Shown here piece by piece: positions 56,101-61,400 of a stretch of DNA of 64,000 nt; position 1 is the stretch's first letter, and each line of letters starts with the position of its first letter. The translations under genes were made by a program, and so were the position numbers. The notes below the pieces were generated by a model, which worked only from the letters and a program-made list of their open reading frames with translations, did no database searches and was not told where the DNA came from. Source of the stretch: Thermodesulfobacteriota bacterium (lineage in GTDB: Bacteria; Desulfobacterota_D; UBA1144; Nemesobacterales; Mycalebacteriaceae); assembly GCA_965226585.1 (NCBI GenBank), contig OZ245366.1, positions 1,152,001 to 1,216,000 on the forward strand. The letters are read 5' to 3'.

Positions 56101-57005
56101 TCGCCTTGCGTCCAAACGGATGCGGCGGCAACCTTTGCCGTATCCGCAACCACCGCCGCTGAGTTGGTTCCGGTTGCCCAAACTTGTGTGTTGTTGTGGA
56201 TGACTGCCAGTCCTTCAACAACAACCGCGCTGGTGTCTGTGCCGTTAGACCGGATTTCTGACTGTGAAATTGTTACGCCGTCTGATGCTTTGACTGCCGT
56301 GCTGTTTGCGCCTTCCGTCCACACATCAAGCGATGTAATGGACGCGCTTCCGCCTCCGCCCGTAATGTTGACGGCGTAACTGTCATCGCTGAGTGAGTAG
56401 ATTTCGCCCGCTGAGGTGTTGCCTGAGATAGAGATAAGTTCTTCGGATTCAACCGCCAGAGCCGCGCCGCCTGCGGAGCCTGCTTCCAGCGCGAGTTTTG
56501 AATTGTTGCCCACCCAAAAGGTGATGGATGTGTTCACGCCTTTGAATTCAGCGGTGTTCACGCTACCGCCGCCTGAGGTAACAAGCATATTGTCTGTTAT
56601 TCTTGCGGCTATATTTCCCTGTCTGATATTTACGCTAATCGCCGCGCTTCCGCCTGAGTTTATAACGTCTGTTTTTCCGTCTCTTGAGCGGACATCCAGA
56701 TCAAGGTTTGTAATGATACTGGTGTTTGTGTTTGGGTCTCTTGCGTAGGTAATTGTGGAACTAATTCCGTCTCCTCCGATTAGCGGAACGGGGTTTGCGG
56801 CTTCAATGATGAAGGGGGTAGTGGTTATGTTGTATGTAATAACCCCGCGTGTGTGTTTTTCATCAAGAATTTCGAATTGTTCAGAGGGAGACTCCGGAAA
56901 CGGGAGGATTGTCACGGGAGAATTTGTCTGGGAATAAGATACGCCCGGCACGATGAGGGTGAATAAAAGAGCAATCAGGGAGAGGGCGAATGAGCGTTTA
57001 AGCAT
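50142..57005 (-). CDS. Giant autotransporter-like adhesin AT3 (2287 aa)
   Basis: Signal peptide MLKRSFALSLIALLFTLIVPGVSYS-Q, many VWxxGxxSxAV repeats, C-terminal domain nearly identical to AT1, ending GGVNYRF. Confidence 0.88.
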   Translation of the reverse strand: MLKRSFALSLIALLFTLIVPGVSYSQTNSPVTILPFPESPSEQFEILDEKHTRGVITYNITTTPFIIEAANPVPLIGGDGISSTITYARDPNTNTSIITNLDLDVRSRDGKTDVINSGGSAAISVNIRQGNIAARITDNMLVTSGGGSVNTAEFKGVNTSITFWVGNNSKLALEAGSAGGAALAVESEELISISGNTSAGEIYSLSDDSYAVNITGGGGSASITSLDVWTEGANSTAVKASDGVTISQSEIRSNGTDTSAVVVEGLAVIHNNTQVWATGTNSAAVVADTAKVAAASVWTQGDNSTTVIAETVNISTMGKVWARGVGASAVRAEDSGAVTITSSDGTGEIWTRGEGGSAVSSEESVTINGATLWAQTGNGKTAKAVAAGVVELLGGARVWAKGAGDVAVTGNGSGTVAVSSADGTGGIWAQGFRASAIKADTATVTGLKVWVKGGSGGNAVSSEESATIKGSDIWAATGAGKMANAMAAGTADLLGGSRVWANGAGDVAVTGNSSGTVAISSTDGTGEVWAEGARSSAVKANIATVTGLKVWANGADSNAISAQTSVTIENSTLWTEGLRTVAVDATVSGSGKKATVIVNSSNLSAVGQGTIFRLSGLRSGEVDFKLYNSVVGSDTAQGAFFGITEGLGGTVSVASENSSFWMGKDIARVFSAVVAGSGTATARIDNTVITSRMSFENIDSVWANGFRSSAIVFENQGASPADLGGHFNVRKAWTEGYRSATVRLETGSGPVAYTTAGKVWAEGEESSAVNVSSGGGAVFISSTEGDRAEFWTEGANSTTVIIRGGPSVIDGVKIWANGSSPSNAVSVDENITVNNSEVWAKGDFSTPFEIKAAAKDVTLNLHNSTIGFEHQLGAFFHAANIEGGTVTVASYNSSFWTGRSDWTLFSTTVQEDESFPGPNPEEITVFDGFIPLGDSSVITFEKTNAVWTTGENSSALAFNYAWLPVGQMAGYLPAKELGSTGAGSATITIYSNTALRLRAPSRIKVWSKGSESVTLRIDRAGAVGENGSFTVDDQTSGVRQRIWSEGANSTTVAAAPGINVKLSRGKVWANGYGSGAALASEISVTRGQASVWTEGDNSNTISAVTFVAASDPRVWSNGDFSTTAIARNVRIRGGSKVWSEGNTSVTVVSSEATVRGADTKVWANGEGSAAILAERFEITKSAELWTEGNSSVTASISGRFDMSEGSKMWSNGANSVTITGNSIHSRDLSSEVWAEGVNSVAISHYTSSSPGFFLPRRVSVYRVTAWANGRDGKAISSTDVYMNNVNASARVAEGVRAVAAHSANRTVPGDIVIARSVSMTVEDSTIWATGGASAIATEETSTVRLNVRGDTDVWTTGNNVNTMEVNASQPFGDIEVRLMGGPLRVWSNGANASAVEITTASQESFDVFFRSSGNSAKIFSEGENSSALSIKTHRPGGGYGYVAAVAVLEGGTEIYTEGVSGTALLAEINDGDLFRLNIRGNAAVFTNAADSGGVDASQNRGSIIFNMSANARIRTSAGNSTAIRAVAGGDDVNFFLNASDNSRIEAAGDLSSGIVSEMINGVTTVSLKGGAQVIAGLPDHGTTAGAIYANSADGNINIALANTSQVIMRGHSASDAIVAETENGDISFSMSEDSRLSVIPDRSSAFRGASSGSGNVAITVSGQAVVNASGNGAKAIIARADTGYANVIIEEGSAVYANGGAVISGTGISANTANGGAFVWVNGSVNVTGGVAIKMSAGAKVGTGTLGYDKREVTVGGTGKVYGDIDTSAVVGGASVTIAAGAVYDGTNITTTSSSSGRRSVSSGGDGRSRLGSAGTAEFVETEPEKSGGGSLNFGDSDGDTLTVNGTLVIRSGETINGLEKISFGANSTLVIMADPESVAGNPLIDLEGTITAEDVEGFNVEVEVPGAHVTEYTIFEAEALPDGEERQEVADRLSAEIGERISVETDENGNLFLRATSHKDTSLDVYDALIQSAYRSDRNFADKLARGCGISGAASDEIEGEFWTGGCVWATSGGRYTRHTSAIQYDEDVYSFTGGFSAPFSGVLVSIAGGYEISDIDASSETETAADTKGLGKASGDATRFMGGIFAEALVDEFVIDGNLRYGSTSWEATRTAGNSYSADVDATVFGGEIGAARPFLMGEFAFFPRVAVGASQITADKFVETSLTTGTDAAAAAMDAFGVDEISELLVYVSPSIEARSPLNETINMWIRTGADIQVLNPESEIEGRLARDNVPVDGTMDRVMFTYGAGFEYSPYEKFNVSFEYGGGVSSSVDTFVQQFRGGVNYRF

Positions 57006-57038
57006 TAATTTATTACGGGTAAGGGCTGATTTGTAGAA

Positions 57039-57066
57039 ATTGTATTGCGTAGGTGTTTTTTGTCAA
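57039..57066 (-). promoter_or_regulatory. Sigma70-type promoter for AT3
   Basis: Minus strand TTGACA (57066-57061), N16, TACAAT (57044-57039), about 33 nt upstream of the ATG. Confidence 0.65.
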
Positions 57067-57332
57067 ACGGGCGGGGGTAAAAGGGGGTTTTTGAAGCAGG
57101 AATCCAGTATTGGTTAACCAGTTGAATACTGGATTCCGTGTCAAGCACGGAATGACGGGAAGGGGAAAAGGCACGGAATGACGGGAAGGGGAAAAGGCAC
57201 GGAATGACGGGAGTGGAGAAGCGTCATTCCGTTGCCTCCTCTGTCATTCCTGCGAAAGCAGGAATCCAGTATTGGTTAGCCAGTTGAATACTGGATTCCG
57301 TGTCAAGCACGGAATGACGGAAGTGGAGAAAC

Positions 57333-57715
57333 GTCATTCCTGCGAAAGCAGGAATCCAGTATTATTTAACCCGATGGACAAAAATCCCGCAGTCTACATA
57401 ATGGCGAGCAAGCGAAACGGAACACTTTACACAGGTGTAACCAGCAACCTGCCCGCCCGCGCTTGGGAGCATAAGAACAGCGCGACAGAAGGTTTTACAG
57501 ACAAATACAGTGTCCACCTGCTTGTGTACTTTGAAGTGCACGAGGATATGAATTCAGCAATTGAACGCGAGAAGCAGATAAAGCAATGGAAACGCCAGTG
57601 GAAATTGGAACTTATAGAGAAAGACAACCCTGAATGGAAAGATTTGTATGAGGATATTGTTTGAGTAGGGGTTTCGCCAGTTGAATACTGGATTCCGTGT
57701 CAAGCACGGAATGAC
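57333..57715 (+). mobile_element. Candidate autonomous element: hairpin A - GIY-YIG gene - hairpin B (383 bp)
   Basis: A half 57333-57363, then ATTTAACC (spacer-like), ORF 57374-57664, then GCCAGTTG (spacer end) and B half 57684-57715. Mobility is inferred from structure only. Confidence 0.6.
57374..57664 (+). CDS. Stand-alone GIY-YIG nuclease-family protein (96 aa)
   Basis: AVYIMASKRNGTLYTGVTSNLPARAWEHK...GFTDKY...LVYFE...AIEREKQIKQWKRQWKLELIE..NPEWKDL. The two Tyr, the Arg and the Glu expected for catalysis are present. Confidence 0.92.
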   Translation: MDKNPAVYIMASKRNGTLYTGVTSNLPARAWEHKNSATEGFTDKYSVHLLVYFEVHEDMNSAIEREKQIKQWKRQWKLELIEKDNPEWKDLYEDIV

Positions 57716-58496
57716 GGGAAGGAGAAAAGGCACGGAATGACGGGAGTGGAGAAACGTCATTCCGTTGCCTCCTCCGTCATTCCTGCGAAAGCAGGAATCC
57801 AGTATTAATTAGCCAGTTGAATACTGGATTCCGTGTCAGGCACGGAATGACGGGAAGGGGAAAAGGCACGGAATGACGGGAGTGGAGAAGCGTCATTCCG
57901 TTGCCTCCTCTGTCATTCCTGCGAAAGCAGGAATCCAGTATTAGTTAGCCAGTTGAATACTGGATTCCGTGTCAAGCACGGAATGACGGAAAGGGGAAAA
58001 GGCACGGAATGACGGGAGTGGAGAAACGTCATTCCGTTGCCTCCTCTGTCATTCCTGCGAAAGCAGGAATCCAGTATTAGTTAACCAGTTGAATACTGGA
58101 TTCCGTGTCAAGCACGGAATGACGGGATGGGGAAAAAGGCACGGAATGACGGGAGTGGAGAAACGTCATTCCGTTGCCTCCCCCCGTCATTCCTGCGAAA
58201 GCAGGAATCCAGTATTAGTTAGCCAGTTGAATACTGGATTCCGTGTCAAGCACGGAATGACGGAAAGGGGAAAAGGCACGGAATGACGGGAAGGGGAAAA
58301 GGCACGGAATGACGGGAGTGGAGAAACGTCATTCCGTTGCCTCCCCCCGTCATTCCTGCGAAAGCAGGAATCCAGTATTAATTAACCAGTTGAATACTGG
58401 ATTCCGTGTCAGGCACGGAATGACGGAAAAAAAACAATCAACGGAATGACGGAATGGTGGAAAGCACGGAATGACGGAAGCGGCAGGTATCCAGTA

Positions 58497-61400
58497 TTAA
58501 AACCTGTAATTAACCCCGCCTCTGAACTGTTGCACAAATGTATTAAAACTCGCGCTGGTTCCGCCGCCGTATTCTATGCTTATGTTCAAACTGTCGTAGG
58601 GGTTGTATTCCATTCCGGCGGAGTAGGTGAACATCACCCTGTCCATTGTGCCGTCTCTGAGGACATTCTCGGGAACATCAGGGTCGCCGTCATTTGCGCC
58701 GTCTCTTATAAGCCGCCCCTCAATCTCAGATTCAGGGTTTAGCACTTGCACATCCGCTCCGGCTCTCATCCACATGCTTAACATCTCACTCACAGGACTC
58801 CGCGCCTCTATTGACGGATTTACATACACCAACAACTCACTCGTATCTTCTACATAAAACTTGTCCATATCCGCCGCCGTTTCCTCATTCACGCTGTCCG
58901 TATCGGGGTCATCCACCGCAAGCGAATTCTCAACGAACTTGTCCGCCGTTATGTACGATGCTCCCAACTCAAGACGAGGCAGTAAGGCAAACTTGCCGGA
59001 TAAAAACGGCTTGGTAACGGCTATCGCGCCGCCGAATACTGTCGCGTCCACATCAGCCGAATAACTGTCGCCGTCCGCCGTTCTGGTCGCCTCCCAACTT
59101 GTTCCCGCATAACGCAGGTTGCCGTCAACAACAAACTCATCAATAACACCCTCGGCAAATATGCCGCCCATAAATCTTGTTGCGTCTCCACCCGCTTTGG
59201 CAAGCCCCCTTGTGTCTTCATCAAATGCCGTCTCCGCGCTTGCGTCTATTGTGGATATCTCATATCCGCCCGCTACTGAAACAAGCACTCCGCTGAACGG
59301 GGCGGATACTCCGCCGGTGAAGGAATAAACATCCTCGTCATACTGTATCGCCGATGTGTGCCTTGTGTATCTTCCGCCAGATGTTGCCCATACGCATCCA
59401 GTCCAGAAATCTCCGCCCATCTCATCACTTGCCGCGCCGCCGGTTCCGCATCCTCGCGCCAACTTGTCGGCAAAGTTTCTGTCTGAACGATAGGCGGACT
59501 GTATCAGCGCGTCATATACATCCAAACTTGTGTCTTTGTGCGATGTCGCTCTCAAAAACAGATTGCCGTCTCCATCTGTCTCAACGCTTACCATTTCACC
59601 CGCCGCCGCGCTCAGGCGGTCTGCAACCTTTTGCCTTTCTTCGCCGTCCGGCAGGGCTTCCGCTTCAAAAATTGTGTATTCCGTTACGTGCGTTCCGGGA
59701 ACATCAACTTCAACATTGAAACCTTCAATGTCTTCAGCGGTTATCGTTCCCTCAAGGTCTATCAGCGGGTCGCCCGCCACGCTTTCAGGGTCTGCCATGA
59801 TAACAAGGGTCGCGTTTTCACCGAAAGTCATTTTCTCCAAGCCGTTCATAGATGTTCCCCGGTCAACCTCCCAAGTTCCGTCAAACATGAAACTGTCTTC
59901 GCCTTCTCCAAAGTCTAAAAGAATGAACGCAGATTCCGGCTCAGTTTCCACAACCTCAACGGGTTCCGCAGAACCAAGACGGAAACGCCCGTCTCCGCCG
60001 GATGACGCAGACCTTCTTCTGCTGGCGCACAAACTTGACGTATGGCCGCCTAATTCCACACTGCTAAAGCAACCTGTGCCACTGTATGAGGCACCGGAAA
60101 GAGAGAGCGTGTCATCTCCATCTCCCATAGCAAAAGTTCCCGTAAACCTCCAACCGGCGTTTTTTATGGAAACAATGTCAGCGCCCCTGCCCAAATCCCC
60201 GCTTCCCGTGAATGCTATTATTGATGAACCACTTAGTCCGTTCACGTAAATTTGGTCAATGTGTGACGTTCCACTAATATGACCGTGTATCCCGCCCTGA
60301 CCAGTACTTGCCAACTCCATAATAATTTTTCTGCTGACTGCCGGCCGCAGACTTGGCTGCACTCTCGCTTCGGCTACCAGATTTACCGCAGTCGCGCCCG
60401 GCGCGTACACAAACCCTCCCTTTATGTGAACCAGAATGCCCCCGTCACTCGTTTGCGCTTTAATCGCGGTTGAACTGCTTTGCGATACCTTCACAAACGA
60501 CCCCCTCTCCATAATCACGTTCGCGTGTTCTCTGACGCCGCCCGCCACAAATTTGTTGGTCGCGCTTCGCGCCAATATTCCTATCGCGCCCGCGCCGGTT
60601 AAGTTCAAACCCATGGTTGCTCCAATGTTCACAACCGCGTCTCCGACACGCCCCCCATTCGCGGTAATTCCGACCGCCCTGTCGCCATTCAACTGAACTA
60701 TCTGGTTGTTGGCATCCTGATTTTGGGTTCTTCTGTGGTGAAAATCAACTCTCGCCAATGCTCCGGATTCCGTAAGCACTGAAACAAACTTGCTGTCATG
60801 TCCGTGCGCGTGAAATCTGTTGTCGAAGCCCGAAAGCCCTACGCCGCGAGTAGAAACAATATTTCCCCTCACGCTTCCGCCGTCAACTACTTGCGCATGA
60901 AAAGCCGTGCTCCTGTCGCCTGTTACAAACAGGTCTCCCCGCACATCAAACCCTATGTTTCCCTTTCTGGCACTTATAAGCACCCCGTAACTGTCTGCGC
61001 CGGCGGCGGAGACGGTGGTGTTGGAATTCTGGCTATACACAACATCCGACGCTTTGGGGTTTGGACCCAAAGTGCCCAATCTTACCGCAGTACTGCCCGT
61101 CCCGTTTGTCCACACTCGAGCCCGATGCGCGGTGTCTGTGCCGAGGGTGAATGTTAAGGGTGTTCCGGATTGCGCATGCAGTTGAAGGGCAACGGCAGTG
61201 CTGTCTCTCGCCTCCGTCCACACTTGCGCACCCCCGCTAATGGTGGCTGTTACAGTTTCCGACAGACTGTCTGCGCCCAAGGCGGTGCTTGAGTGCCTTG
61301 TCGCCCACACTTTTGCCGACCCTCCAATGTTAATGTTAATTTTTCCGAAGTCCGTAACGGCGCTGAATGCGCTTGACCTGTCAGTCTGGATTGACAGCCG

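Larger units (their letters stand above)
57094..58498. repeat. Large mosaic array of the palindromic element surrounding a GIY-YIG gene
   Basis: Truncated unit at 57094; complete 76-bp units at 57243, 57776, 57912, 58048, 58186 and 58349 (downstream periods 136, 136, 138, 163). Linkers are near-constant and contain a third hairpin, GGCACGGAATGACG...CGTCATTCCGTTGCC. Confidence 0.95.

Noticed and set aside
55132..56379. Long antisense ORFs opposite the autotransporters and housekeeping genes (e.g. 8231-9097, 21620-22450, 36182-36982, 45075-45935)
   Set aside because: Shadow frames caused by codon bias of the real gene on the other strand; no recognisable motifs.
58089..58286. Short ORFs such as MNTGFRVKHGMT... 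(also 40909-41100, 49655-49846, 57554-57760 and the first 34 codons of 57272-57664)
   Set aside because: They are largely translations of the palindromic repeat. Only the AT1 in-frame copy lies within a credible gene.
57094..58498. CRISPR array (regularly spaced palindromic repeats next to a nuclease)
   Set aside because: The sequences between repeats are near-identical rather than unique spacers, the unit is a 76-bp double hairpin, copies are dispersed elsewhere including inside a gene, and no cas gene is visible.
37281..58498. Integron cassette array with the palindromes as attC sites
   Set aside because: No integron integrase is present, the element ends do not match RYYYAAC/GTTRRRY, and the genes are in mixed orientation with their own promoters.
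40130..60960. RGD tripeptides in all four autotransporters as integrin-binding motifs
   Set aside because: They occur at non-equivalent positions, and RGD is expected by chance in 1100-2800-aa Gly-rich proteins. Not supportable without structural exposure data.
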